A stretch of DNA of 64,000 nt from Nitrospirota bacterium (GTDB lineage Bacteria; Nitrospirota; Thermodesulfovibrionia; UBA6902; JAJYJJ01): positions 238 to 64,237 of the forward strand of contig JAJYJJ010000013.1 in NCBI GenBank assembly GCA_021789595.1, read 5' to 3'. A program made the translations under genes and the position numbers. Below the pieces are notes generated by a model. It was not told the origin of the DNA, ran no database searches, and was given only the letters and a program-made list of their open reading frames with translations. Positions 10,162 through 19,356 of the stretch are shown one piece after another. Each line of letters starts with the position of its first letter. Position 1 is the first letter of the stretch.

Positions 10162-10252
10162 AGGGCTATTTTAGAATAATCTTTATCTGTTTATCAAATG
10201 TCGAAACCAGAGAGTTACTGTAATATTGAAAAGAAACCGCGCTCTATATCTA

Positions 10253-10774
10253 TTAGGTGCTCTTCTTGAATATGGCTATATAGGGTAGGTTCCTGAATTT
10301 ATTGTCATAGTCCAGGCCATAGCCAACTACAAACTCATTTGGTATCTCAAAACCAACATAATCAATGGGGACATCTACAACCCTTCTTTCTTTTTTATCA
10401 AGCAGTACGCATATCTTTAAAGAATTCGGCAGTCTTGAAAGGAGCATCTCCCTTACATAATTCAGGGTTATCCCTGTATCTGCAATATCCTCTATGAGAA
10501 GCACATTCCTTCCCTTTACATCCTCTCTCAGGTCTGCATGTATCTTGACCTGTGCTGATGTATCTGTCTTTATGTAGCTTGAGGCAATTATAAAGTCAAC
10601 AGTCATCGGAACCTTTATGGCCCTTACAATATCTGCAAAGAAGATAAACGCCCCCCTGAGGATACATACAGCGATAAGGACCTGACCTGCATAGTCTGCC
10701 GAGATCTTACTGGCAAGCTCCTTTACCTTATCCTGTATCTGTTCGACAGTAAACATTGGTCTACCAATAATCAT
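10253..10774 (-). CDS. hpt: Hypoxanthine phosphoribosyltransferase
   Basis: LLIEDIADTGITL PRPP loop, FVVGYGLDY, RNLPYI. Confidence 0.93.
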   Translation of the reverse strand: MIIGRPMFTVEQIQDKVKELASKISADYAGQVLIAVCILRGAFIFFADIVRAIKVPMTVDFIIASSYIKTDTSAQVKIHADLREDVKGRNVLLIEDIADTGITLNYVREMLLSRLPNSLKICVLLDKKERRVVDVPIDYVGFEIPNEFVVGYGLDYDNKFRNLPYIAIFKKST

Positions 10775-10900
10775 AGATTATTCCTCCCTTTCAAAATATC
10801 TAACATCTTCCAACATAGAAATCTTATACCATTTTATCCTGCATATGGCAAGAGGAAAAATGCTCCTGCCAAGATTTTTCTGAAGATTGCAAATCTGCTA

Positions 10901-10930
10901 TTGACTTTTTTATTTTACAAATCCTATACT
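10901..10930 (+). promoter_or_regulatory. sigma70 promoter of the riboswitch operon
   Basis: TTGACT-18nt-TATACT ending 6 nt before the aptamer. Confidence 0.75.
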
Positions 10931-10935
10931 TCACC

Positions 10936-11050
10936 ACGCCTAATTCCTAAAACAGGAAGCGGGGGAACCAATTATCGGGGTTAACGCCTATGGCGGGGGC
11001 AACTCTTTAAGCCCTAACCCGTCAGCTAACCTCGCAGGCGTTTAAAGAGG
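10936..11050 (+). ncRNA. c-di-AMP riboswitch (ydaO/yuaA class)
   Basis: ACGCC..TTCCT-loop-AGGAAGCGGGGGAACC..GGGGTTAA..CCCTAACCCGTCAGCTAACCTCGCAGGCGT matches the ydaO pattern; upstream of a K+ transporter-like gene. Confidence 0.9.
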
Positions 11051-11087
11051 AGAAAACAATACGATTAGACTAACAAGTTAAATATGC

Positions 11088-11125
11088 AGAGGAACTTTTA
11101 GTGTATTAAGTTCCTCTTTTATTTT
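11088..11125 (+). terminator. Intrinsic terminator (riboswitch expression platform)
   Basis: AGAGGAACTT-10nt-AAGTTCCTCT then TTTATTTT; AAAGAGGA at 11044-11051 can compete as antiterminator. Confidence 0.8.
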
Positions 11126-11131
11126 GACAAA

Positions 11132-12706
11132 ATGGACAGGACAGAGGATTCTACAACAAAGCAGGTTGAATTAAGGCGGGATGTAACGGTCTGGGGCTCC
11201 TTTATGTGGGGCTATGCAGATGTCGGCGCTGATATATACGCGGCCCTTGGCCTTGTCATGGCAGCAGCCCAGGGCGCAACAAACCTTGCCTTTGCCATGG
11301 CAGGGATGGTATATATAATGATAGGACTTGCCTATACCGAGTTAGCCTCCGCATATCCTGTTGCAGGCGGTGGGCAGTATTTCACTATGAGGGGGCTTGG
11401 AGATTTCTGGGGATTTCTGACAGGTTCAGCCCTGCTTCTGGATTATACCATTGACATTGCACTGTTTTCTGTTGCCTCAGCAGGCTATATCAATTTCTTT
11501 ATGCCGCATATATTCGGCTTTGGCCCTGAACACTTCAACATAACGATAGGCCCTCTCAAAAACATCAATCCCCTGTGGTGTGCTGAGTCGCTAATACTCA
11601 TTGCTTTTCTCATCTGGCTGAATATAAAGGGCATGAGGGAGTCTTCATTATTCAATGAGATAATCGGCGCAGTAGATATACTGACAGAATCAAGCATTAT
11701 CATTATCGGCTTTCTTTTCGCATGGAAACCCGAGCTGCTTGCACATCAATGGAGGTTTGAGTTTCCTACACTGAGCAATTTTATGTACGGTTCATCGCTT
11801 GCAATAATATCGTTTGTCGGCCTTGAATCCATATCCCAGGCGGCCCAGGAAACAAGAAGGCCTGCAACCATCATACCGAGGACATCCATAACCTTAATAT
11901 TCACAGTATTCATCTTTGCAACCGCATTTTCAACCCTCGGTCTTGGCATACTTCCATGGCAGAGTTTCAGGGAAAATATGGGAGACCCTGTTGCACTTCT
12001 TGCCCATAACATACCCATAATAGGCATAATAGCAGGGCCGTTTGCAGCCATCCTTGGTGCTACTATCCTTTTGATCTCAGCCAATTCAGGCGTTATGAGC
12101 GCATCAAGGCTGACATACTCCATGAGCAGGTTTCACCTTATAAGCAACTGGTTTGACGCAGTCCATCCAAAATTCAGAACCCCTGTAAGGACGATACTGA
12201 TCTTTTCGATGATCGGTGTGGTGCAGACAATACTCTCTTTCCTTACACCAAGCGCCATGGATACCCTTGGAAACATGTATGCCTTTGGCGCAACAACAGG
12301 ATATACCCTCGTCTTCATTGCACTCATAAGGTTAAGGATAACCGACCCATACACGCCACGGCCTTACAAGATGCCGCTTAACATCAAGATGAATCTGAGG
12401 GGCAAGAGGATTGACTTCCCTGTCCTCGGCATTATAGGTATGCTCGGCGTTTCAACCATCCTCTTTGAGGTTATTCTTACACATAAGATAGGCCGCATCG
12501 CTGGCCCGTCCTGGGTAATCCTCTGCCTGATCTACTATGCCTGGTATAGAAGGAAACAGGGGCTGCCTGTATTTAAGAGCGCACATAGAGAGTGGGAAAA
12601 CGAACAGATCGCCGTCCTCACCTCCGCTGAAGAGTATGACCTTGTTGAGGAATATAAGATTGCCCTTGCAGATAGGGATAAGAAGGTGAAGCATGAGAAA
12701 CAATAG
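11132..12706 (+). CDS. APC-superfamily transporter, KimA/Kup-like putative K+ importer
   Basis: About 12 TMs; TM1 GYADVGADIY resembles the Kup/KimA D..Y site; SFVGLESISQ. Confidence 0.75.
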   Translation: MDRTEDSTTKQVELRRDVTVWGSFMWGYADVGADIYAALGLVMAAAQGATNLAFAMAGMVYIMIGLAYTELASAYPVAGGGQYFTMRGLGDFWGFLTGSALLLDYTIDIALFSVASAGYINFFMPHIFGFGPEHFNITIGPLKNINPLWCAESLILIAFLIWLNIKGMRESSLFNEIIGAVDILTESSIIIIGFLFAWKPELLAHQWRFEFPTLSNFMYGSSLAIISFVGLESISQAAQETRRPATIIPRTSITLIFTVFIFATAFSTLGLGILPWQSFRENMGDPVALLAHNIPIIGIIAGPFAAILGATILLISANSGVMSASRLTYSMSRFHLISNWFDAVHPKFRTPVRTILIFSMIGVVQTILSFLTPSAMDTLGNMYAFGATTGYTLVFIALIRLRITDPYTPRPYKMPLNIKMNLRGKRIDFPVLGIIGMLGVSTILFEVILTHKIGRIAGPSWVILCLIYYAWYRRKQGLPVFKSAHREWENEQIAVLTSAEEYDLVEEYKIALADRDKKVKHEKQ

Positions 12707-12899
12707 GCATATCCCATTCATTGAGTATTTCAAGGCCTTCAACAGCTTTCTTTTTATTATCCTTGGCGGGGTGATAATCTTGCATTCGCTTTTCTCGGTT
12801 CCAACAGTCCCTGCTGTGCTGGCCGGAGGCAGTTTTCTGGGTTTTGGCATCTACAGGATTAGATTTGTTATACGGTATATCAAGGGCCTAAGGACATGA
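12693..12899 (+). CDS. Small 2-TM membrane protein
   Basis: 68 aa, two hydrophobic segments, overlaps both neighbours. Confidence 0.65.
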   Translation: MRNNRHIPFIEYFKAFNSFLFIILGGVIILHSLFSVPTVPAVLAGGSFLGFGIYRIRFVIRYIKGLRT

Positions 12900-13456
12900 A
12901 CTATCAGATATCTCCATTAGGTGTTGTCATCGCTGCTGCCTTTGCCATAGCTATGGGTAGCCTGCTCTGGTGGATGCTCAAGCTTCCGCCATATATTCCG
13001 GCTGCAGCAGCAAAGGCAAGGAGGGGGGTTGGTGCGCTAAGGAATATCCTTGTGCCAACAGTGGGCCTCCCATGTTCTGAGAGGGGCATTGAAATGGCAT
13101 GCAGGCTTGGCCAGGAACAGAAGGCAACTATCCACCTCATATATGTTATAGAGGTTTCCAGGACCCTTCCACTCGATGCACCAATGCCTGAGATTGAGCC
13201 TATAGCAAAGGACGCCCTGAAAAGGGCAGAGGAGATTGTTACATTGAGGGGGTTAACTCCTGTAAGTGAGATAAGGAGGGCAAGGATTGCAGGTGAGGAG
13301 ATTATAAGGGTCGCAAAGGATATCGAGGCTGACATTATAGTGATGGGTATACGCACAAGCATAAGCATGACAGAGCATATTATTGGCAGGACATCTGAGA
13401 TTGTAATGCGAAGGGCGCCATGCGAGGTATTGATAGATAAACTCCCTGGAGAATAG
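12896..13456 (+). CDS. Membrane-anchored universal stress protein (USP)
   Basis: N-terminal TM; ILVP, ADIIVMG, IGRTSEIVMRRAPCEV. Confidence 0.85.
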   Translation: MNYQISPLGVVIAAAFAIAMGSLLWWMLKLPPYIPAAAAKARRGVGALRNILVPTVGLPCSERGIEMACRLGQEQKATIHLIYVIEVSRTLPLDAPMPEIEPIAKDALKRAEEIVTLRGLTPVSEIRRARIAGEEIIRVAKDIEADIIVMGIRTSISMTEHIIGRTSEIVMRRAPCEVLIDKLPGE

Positions 13457-13464
13457 GAGGATTT

Positions 13465-13866
13465 ATGAGAATAGTCATCCTTGGCTGTGGAAGGGTTGGT
13501 TCAAGGCTTTCTAACAGCCTTTCAGCAGAAGGACACACAGTGGTTGTTATAGACAAAGATGTAGAGGCATTCAGACGGCTTAATGAAAGACTTTCATTTA
13601 AAAGGCTTGCAGGTGCGGCCTTTAGTGAGAAGGTCATGAAACAGGCATTTGCAGAGGCAACGGATATGTTTATAGCCGTTGCTGATAAGGACAACATAAA
13701 TATAATGGTTGCGCAGATTGTAAAGAACCTCTATCATGTTCCGCGCATTCTCCTAAGGGTTCAGGACCCTGTGCTTGCAGAGCTGTATAATGGATTGGGC
13801 ATGGAGGCTGTGTGTCCGACAGAGCTTAGCCTATCAGAATTTAAAAAACTTGTGGCAGCAGTATAG
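13465..13866 (+). CDS. TrkA/KtrA-family RCK_N-only protein
   Basis: GCGRVG Rossmann motif, DxxN; no RCK_C. Confidence 0.85.
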   Translation: MRIVILGCGRVGSRLSNSLSAEGHTVVVIDKDVEAFRRLNERLSFKRLAGAAFSEKVMKQAFAEATDMFIAVADKDNINIMVAQIVKNLYHVPRILLRVQDPVLAELYNGLGMEAVCPTELSLSEFKKLVAAV

Positions 13867-13892
13867 AAGGTCACAAAGGCAGGAGGCGATAG

Positions 13893-14543
13893 ATGTATAT
13901 AATAATAGTTGGGGCGGGTAAGGTCGGTTACAACCTCGGAAAGTTTTTGCTTAGCCAGGGGCATGAGATTATGCTTATTGAAAATGATAAATCAAAGATG
14001 GATAACCTGACCTCTGAATTCAGCGAGAATGTGGTATTTGGCGATGGGACATCGCCCGAGGTTCTCACATCTGCAGGGATTGCAAGGGCAGATGTAGTGG
14101 TTGCTGTTACTGGAGAGGATGAGGATAACCTTGTTGTGGGCCAGATAGCAAAGCTCATATTTGTTGTGCCAAAGACCATTGCAAGGGTAAATAACCCGAG
14201 GAATGAGGCCATATTCAGCAGCCTCGGTATCGACGCTACTGTAAGTGCAACAAGGATGATAAACTGCCTTATCGAGGAACAGGTCAGGGCCGGGGATATG
14301 GTTCCCATCCTGACACTTAAGGGAGGGGATGTAGAGATAGTCCAGGTTGAGTTGACAGAGAAGTCCCCCATAGTTGGCAAGAGGATAATGGATATTTCTC
14401 TTCCTGAAGACTCGCTCTTTATCTCAATAATAAGGAATGATGATGTCTTGATCCCCAAAGGCGATACAGACTTCAGGGTTGAGGATAAGATTATTGCCCT
14501 TGTGAAAAAAGAAAAGGAACAGGAATTGAGGAAGCTCTTATAA
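13893..14543 (+). CDS. trkA: TrkA/KtrA-family RCK_N+RCK_C protein
   Basis: GAGKVG, DEDN, IARV; C-terminal IIRNDDVLIPKGDT. Confidence 0.85.
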   Translation: MYIIIVGAGKVGYNLGKFLLSQGHEIMLIENDKSKMDNLTSEFSENVVFGDGTSPEVLTSAGIARADVVVAVTGEDEDNLVVGQIAKLIFVVPKTIARVNNPRNEAIFSSLGIDATVSATRMINCLIEEQVRAGDMVPILTLKGGDVEIVQVELTEKSPIVGKRIMDISLPEDSLFISIIRNDDVLIPKGDTDFRVEDKIIALVKKEKEQELRKLL

Positions 14544-14545
14544 AG

Positions 14546-15502
14546 CTATCCCCATAAATGACATGCGACTACTCTGCCTCTTACCTCTCTTAACTCAGGC
14601 ACGACCGAACTACAGGGTTCAAATCTCTTCGGACATCTCGGGTGAAAAGGACATCCAGGAGGGATTTCCACATGGCTTGGCACATCCCCCTCAAGTATAA
14701 TCCTCATAGTTTTTCTTTCAGGGTCAGGCCGGGGAACTGCTGAGATCAGGGCGGCTGTATATGGATGAAAAGGCACTGGAAATAGTTCCTCTGTCTTTCC
14801 GAGTTCTACTACTTTTCCAAGGTACATTACAGCCACTGTATCGCTAAAGTGCCTGACCACCTCGAGGTTGTGGCTTATAAAGAGAAAGGATATATTTGAG
14901 GATGTGCGGAGTTCATCAAGGAGGTTTATTATCTGGGCCTGTATGGATACATCAAGTGCAGAGGTGGGCTCGTCTGCAACGATGAGCATGGGGTTAACCG
15001 CAAGTGCCCTTGCTATACATATCCTCTGCCTCTGTCCTCCGCTAAATTCATGGGGATAGCGGTAAAGCGCATCGCTGTCCATTCCAACCTTGTTCAGCAG
15101 CTCAACAACCTTCTCTTTTAACGCCTTACCACTGACAATCTTATGCACTATAAGTGGCTCACCAATTGCATCTATAATCCTATGTCGTGGATTAAGGGAT
15201 GCAAATGGATCCTGAAATATTATCTGGAGCTGCCTTCTTATCCTGAGAAGCTCGGACCTTGATGCCCGAGTTATGTCCACTTCATTGAAATATACATGGC
15301 CATCTGTTGGCTCTATCAGCCTCAGGACAAGCCTTGCAAGGGTAGATTTTCCACAGCCGCTTTCTCCAACGACTGCGAAGACCTCGCCCTGGTTTATGGA
15401 GAAATCCACTCCATCAACCGCCCTTGACAGCCTTTTGGCCTTTAATAGACCTCCTTTTACGGCAAAGTGTTTTTTAAGCCCCTCCACCTTTAAAAGACTC
15501 AT
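14546..15502 (-). CDS. oppF: Oligo/dipeptide ABC transporter ATPase (OppF/DppF)
   Basis: GESGCGKS, FSGGQRQR, CPFHPRC C-terminal domain. Confidence 0.88.
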   Translation of the reverse strand: MSLLKVEGLKKHFAVKGGLLKAKRLSRAVDGVDFSINQGEVFAVVGESGCGKSTLARLVLRLIEPTDGHVYFNEVDITRASRSELLRIRRQLQIIFQDPFASLNPRHRIIDAIGEPLIVHKIVSGKALKEKVVELLNKVGMDSDALYRYPHEFSGGQRQRICIARALAVNPMLIVADEPTSALDVSIQAQIINLLDELRTSSNISFLFISHNLEVVRHFSDTVAVMYLGKVVELGKTEELFPVPFHPYTAALISAVPRPDPERKTMRIILEGDVPSHVEIPPGCPFHPRCPKRFEPCSSVVPELREVRGRVVACHLWG

Positions 15503-16455
15503 AATAGCCTTGCCCTTATACAGCGGCTTAGATGAGCCTGTTCTACGGGTTCAAGCCCTGGTTCTCTTTCAACACATTCATGAATAGCATACCTGCATCT
15601 CGGTGCAAACTTGCATCCAGGCGGAAGCTCTGATGGCCTTGGAACCTGCCCTGGAATCGGCCTTAGAGCCTCACCCCTACCCCTTGGAAGGGAGTCAAGA
15701 AGTCCTATGGTATATGGGTGCCTTGGCCCTCTAAAGATCTCCCTGACATCTGCTAACTCAACAATCCTTCCAGCATACATTACCGCAAGCCTTGTTGCCC
15801 ATTCCGCAATAATTCCGAGGTCATGGGTTATAAGCAGCATTGCCATCTTTTTGCCCTCTACAAGGGTATTAAGGAGATCAAGTATCTGGGCCTGTATGGT
15901 AACATCGAGGGCAGTAGTTGGCTCGTCTGCTATCAACAGGGAAGGGTTACACGCAATAGCCATCGCAATCATAACCCTCTGCCTCAACCCGCCGCTCATC
16001 TGGTGTGGATATTCCTTTATCCTCAACTCAGGCGACGGCATCCTGACAGACCTGAGGAGTTCAACCGCCTCTGTCATTGCCTCTTTTCTTGACAGACCCC
16101 TATGTGTGATTAAGACCTCTGCTATCTGATAACCCACGGTGAACACGGGGTTGAGTGATGTCATTGGCTCTTGAAAGACCATGGATATATCCTTTCCCCT
16201 TATCCTTCGCAGATCAGCCTCAGATTTTGTAATCAGGTCTTCCCCGCGGAAGATAATACTGCCTGTGAGTTTAACATTATGAGGCAGCAGCCTCAGGATT
16301 GAAAGGGCTGTCACAGTCTTTCCGCATCCGCTTTCTCCTGCAATGCCAAATACCTCAGCGTCGTTGACAGTAAAATGTATATCAGAGACAACATCCAGTT
16401 CAGTATCGCCCTGTAAAAAAGATATCCTCAGATTATTAACCGATAAAAGGGGCAT
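15499..16455 (-). CDS. oppD: Oligo/dipeptide ABC transporter ATPase (OppD/DppD)
   Basis: GESGCGKT, FQEPMTSLNP, DEPTTALDVT; start MPLLSV preferred over 16500. Confidence 0.88.
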   Translation of the reverse strand: MPLLSVNNLRISFLQGDTELDVVSDIHFTVNDAEVFGIAGESGCGKTVTALSILRLLPHNVKLTGSIIFRGEDLITKSEADLRRIRGKDISMVFQEPMTSLNPVFTVGYQIAEVLITHRGLSRKEAMTEAVELLRSVRMPSPELRIKEYPHQMSGGLRQRVMIAMAIACNPSLLIADEPTTALDVTIQAQILDLLNTLVEGKKMAMLLITHDLGIIAEWATRLAVMYAGRIVELADVREIFRGPRHPYTIGLLDSLPRGRGEALRPIPGQVPRPSELPPGCKFAPRCRYAIHECVEREPGLEPVEQAHLSRCIRARLL

Positions 16456-16546
16456 GCCTCTATACCTTAATGGTCTATCAGGCTTAATAGCATATAACAA
16501 GGATAAGATAGATAAAGTGGATGTCTTTGAGGGATTAGGAGGGCTA

Positions 16547-17254
16547 TCACTCTTCCTGTTTCTTCATAAGCCTTAGATAGAGCTTTGCGTCTTTTAAGTC
16601 GGGGTTTCTCCTCAATGCCTCTTCCCACTCTTCTATTGCAAGCCCCGTAAGACCCTGACTATAGTAGGTTACACCGAGATTGACCCAGGCAGGACCATAA
16701 TTGGGATTTATCTCCTTGGCCTTACTGAACTGTATAATGGCATCTTCATGAAGGCCCTTATTCCTCAACGCTATCCCTAATTTCGTAAGGACATCTGCAA
16801 GCATTGGTGAAAACCTTAATGCCTTGTTGTATTCCTCTATAGCCTCATCGTTCAGCCCAAGCTCAAGGTATATGTTGCCTAACTTGTAATGCTCATTGGC
16901 AAGTTTACCAGCAGTGAAAGGGTCCATGGTCGTTGGCGTTGGGTGCACTATCTGCGCTGCCTTTGAAAGAATATCCTGTGCGCGTTTGAATTCTCCAATG
17001 TCATTGTATGTTACAGCGAGATTGAGCGACACCTCTGTATATCTCGGATTGATCCTTAATGCCTCTTCGAAATGGTGTATTGCCTTATCAAGCTCACCCT
17101 TCTGATGGTATATAATGCCGAGTTTGTTATGGACATCAGCATAGTTCGGGTTTGTCTTGATTATATCTAAAAGCAGTGCCTCTGCCTCATAATACTTACC
17201 GCTTTCAAACAGTTCATTGCCTAACTGATAAAGTTCAAGAGTCCTGCTGTCCAA
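16547..17254 (-). CDS. Tetratricopeptide repeat protein
   Basis: Multiple TPRs (NPNYADVHNKLG etc.); TTG 17254 has an SD, 17281 is the alternative start. Confidence 0.85.
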   Translation of the reverse strand: MDSRTLELYQLGNELFESGKYYEAEALLLDIIKTNPNYADVHNKLGIIYHQKGELDKAIHHFEEALRINPRYTEVSLNLAVTYNDIGEFKRAQDILSKAAQIVHPTPTTMDPFTAGKLANEHYKLGNIYLELGLNDEAIEEYNKALRFSPMLADVLTKLGIALRNKGLHEDAIIQFSKAKEINPNYGPAWVNLGVTYYSQGLTGLAIEEWEEALRRNPDLKDAKLYLRLMKKQEE

Positions 17255-17528
17255 TTGCGTTTCCCTCTTCGGGTAGAACAAGATGTATGTTCTGCTTGTT
17301 GACTATAAGAAAGCCTGCCTCATGACAGAGCTGCTCGTCTTTCATAGAAAATACCTTTGCATCTGTAATCACCACAAAAGAGCCTTTCTCAGAACCTCCA
17401 TAGAGGCGATTGAAATAATCTATGAGCCTCCCTTTCACGGGGAGATGGACATATCCTGTTATCTTATAGTACTGGGTTATGAGGGTAACCCCCATTTTTT
17501 CTGTTGGTGCCTGTAGTGCCCTTTGCAT
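17235..17528 (-). CDS. Small hypothetical protein (DUF6812-like)
   Basis: ITGYVHLP..RLIDYFN..FVVITDA..FLIVNK pattern; TTGACA-17-TATACT promoter at 17566-17538 supports ATG 17528. Confidence 0.65.
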   Translation of the reverse strand: MQRALQAPTEKMGVTLITQYYKITGYVHLPVKGRLIDYFNRLYGGSEKGSFVVITDAKVFSMKDEQLCHEAGFLIVNKQNIHLVLPEEGNAIGQQDS

Positions 17529-17674
17529 CCTGACAAAAGTATATGAGAAGACATCCACTTTGTCAAGTGGTTGGTGAACAGGTAAAAAATGAACTACAAA
17601 CAAAAAATGGACAATTGACATCCTGTGGTTTTTAGGGTATGGTTATATATACTTTTTAGGAGGTCATAACTGAA

Positions 17675-18385
17675 TTGGAAGATGTTGGCCGTAGAATGGC
17701 AAAACGCATTACGGTGAAGAAGGAGATTGTTGTTAACGGCAGCATCAAGGCCTTTGCCGCTGACATCAGCGAGGGCGGGATGTATATATTCACAACGCAA
17801 GAATTTCCACAAGATTCTGATATAACCGTTGAGTTTACACTCAAACAAGGGGAACAACCTGTCAGGCTTAAGGCGCATATCCTGTATTCTCATGGCGGCA
17901 TGGGATATGGTGTGAGCTTTGTTGATGCAGCAGAAGATGCTATAGTATGCATAAAGGACTATATCAACAGCCAGTCTGAAGAGGCATTGAAGGCAGAGGC
18001 CGTTATGCAGAAGAAGGTATTGATAGTAGATGACTCAGAGCAGGTCCGCCGCATGTTTAAAAACAGCCTTCTTTTAGAGGGATTCTATGTGACGGAAGCG
18101 GCAAATGGCATTGAAGCCGCAAAGATCCTGTCCAGGGAAAGGCCTGACCTTATTGTCCTTGACCTATTTATGGAAGGCATGGATGGTTATAAACTCCTTC
18201 AGTTTATACGGTTGAATCCAGACTGGCATGACATCCCTGTAATTGTGCTTTCTGCCAGGGGGCTGCCTGCGGAGATAGAGAAGGCCATTGCCATCGGCAT
18301 AGATGACTTCCTTGTGAAGATGAGCACAACACCCAAGAAACTCATTGAAAAGATAAGGGAGGTCTTGAAGAAAAGATACGGCTGA
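17675..18385 (+). CDS. PilZ-domain + receiver-domain response regulator
   Basis: RxxxR and DISEGG PilZ motifs; C-terminal REC (VDD, LDLFM, K); TTGACA-17-TATGGT at 17615-17643. Confidence 0.85.
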   Translation: MEDVGRRMAKRITVKKEIVVNGSIKAFAADISEGGMYIFTTQEFPQDSDITVEFTLKQGEQPVRLKAHILYSHGGMGYGVSFVDAAEDAIVCIKDYINSQSEEALKAEAVMQKKVLIVDDSEQVRRMFKNSLLLEGFYVTEAANGIEAAKILSRERPDLIVLDLFMEGMDGYKLLQFIRLNPDWHDIPVIVLSARGLPAEIEKAIAIGIDDFLVKMSTTPKKLIEKIREVLKKRYG

Positions 18386-18417
18386 TTATCTCTTTGTATA
18401 AACACAGGCAGGTTACA

Positions 18418-19290
18418 TCAGTCCTTCCTTCCCCCGACGACCTCTTTGCCCGACGACCTCTTTGCCCAGACGACCTCTTTGTATGAGTAGATAAATGCAG
18501 GTAAGGCAATAGCAATCATAAAAATGGCGATGACTGTATAATCCGACTTAATTGGAATCACCTTATCAATCCCCACGATGGTTATGAGACCTGCGACCAT
18601 AAAAAGGAGCCCGCCAAAGAACAATGTGCGTCCGCCTGTCTGACTTCCAACCCTTCTGATGTCTTCCTCTGTAAGGGAGCCTATCAATTTTAAGGATACA
18701 CCAAATAAAGCACCTACAATGATAAGCATCAACATTGTGCCGAGCCCGAACAGAAGTCCTGGCAAGAATCCAAGCCATGCATTTGGCATCGCAGGTGCTG
18801 CAACTGTATTTATAAATAATGCAAAGCTGCCAAAACCAAATCCTGCTATAAATCCATGGATGAGGGTCCATTTAACAGGAAGTACTGTGACAACCGGTTG
18901 GCAGGGTTCACAACTTCTGCTCAGTATATGTGGTGTATGCTCCATATCCTTTGCATTGTCATGGTGATGTCCTAAAATATGCAGGTGAGGATAGCGGTTT
19001 TTTCTGAGTACAAATGCACCCGCAGCTACCATTACAATCCCCACAATTAAATAGATATACTGGTTTATAGATCGCAGAAAAGGAGCAAGGGCAAGATAAG
19101 AAAGTTCAGAGATGATCATACGCTGGGTGGTAAAACCTATCGAAAAATATAGACCTGATCTCAGACCACCCTTGCCGCTACCGCTACTAATAGCGTAGCT
19201 GAATATTATAGGCCATGTATGTTCATCAGGTATTATCCCATGTAAGATCCCGAATAGAAATGAATATACAACCGCTGTAATTGCATTCAT
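18418..19290 (-). CDS. UreH/DsbD_2-like membrane protein, putative Ni/Co transporter
   Basis: GILHGIIPDEH, His-rich loop HLHILGHHHD, CEPC, HGFIAG, FGLGT. Confidence 0.6.
   Translation of the reverse strand: MNAITAVVYSFLFGILHGIIPDEHTWPIIFSYAISSGSGKGGLRSGLYFSIGFTTQRMIISELSYLALAPFLRSINQYIYLIVGIVMVAAGAFVLRKNRYPHLHILGHHHDNAKDMEHTPHILSRSCEPCQPVVTVLPVKWTLIHGFIAGFGFGSFALFINTVAAPAMPNAWLGFLPGLLFGLGTMLMLIIVGALFGVSLKLIGSLTEEDIRRVGSQTGGRTLFFGGLLFMVAGLITIVGIDKVIPIKSDYTVIAIFMIAIALPAFIYSYKEVVWAKRSSGKEVVGGRKD
18434..18481. repeat. Three tandem 16-nt repeats
   Basis: CCGACGACCTCTTTGC x2 plus CCAGACGACCTCTTTG at the 3' end of the gene. Confidence 0.85.
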
Positions 19291-19356
19291 AAACTTCCCC
19301 CTTCTGATGAACCTCTCCGCAGCAAGCTACCAGATGTCTAAAATCAACACCCTTCC

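Noticed and set aside
10162..10252. trp attenuator or T-box
   Set aside because: No Trp-codon leader, terminator or T-box motif.
10846..10872. TGGCA..TGC as a sigma54 promoter
   Set aside because: GG-GC spacing is 13, not 10; it is only an imperfect inverted repeat between divergent promoters.
18434..18481. Mini-CRISPR array
   Set aside because: Units are 16 nt with no spacers and there are no cas genes.
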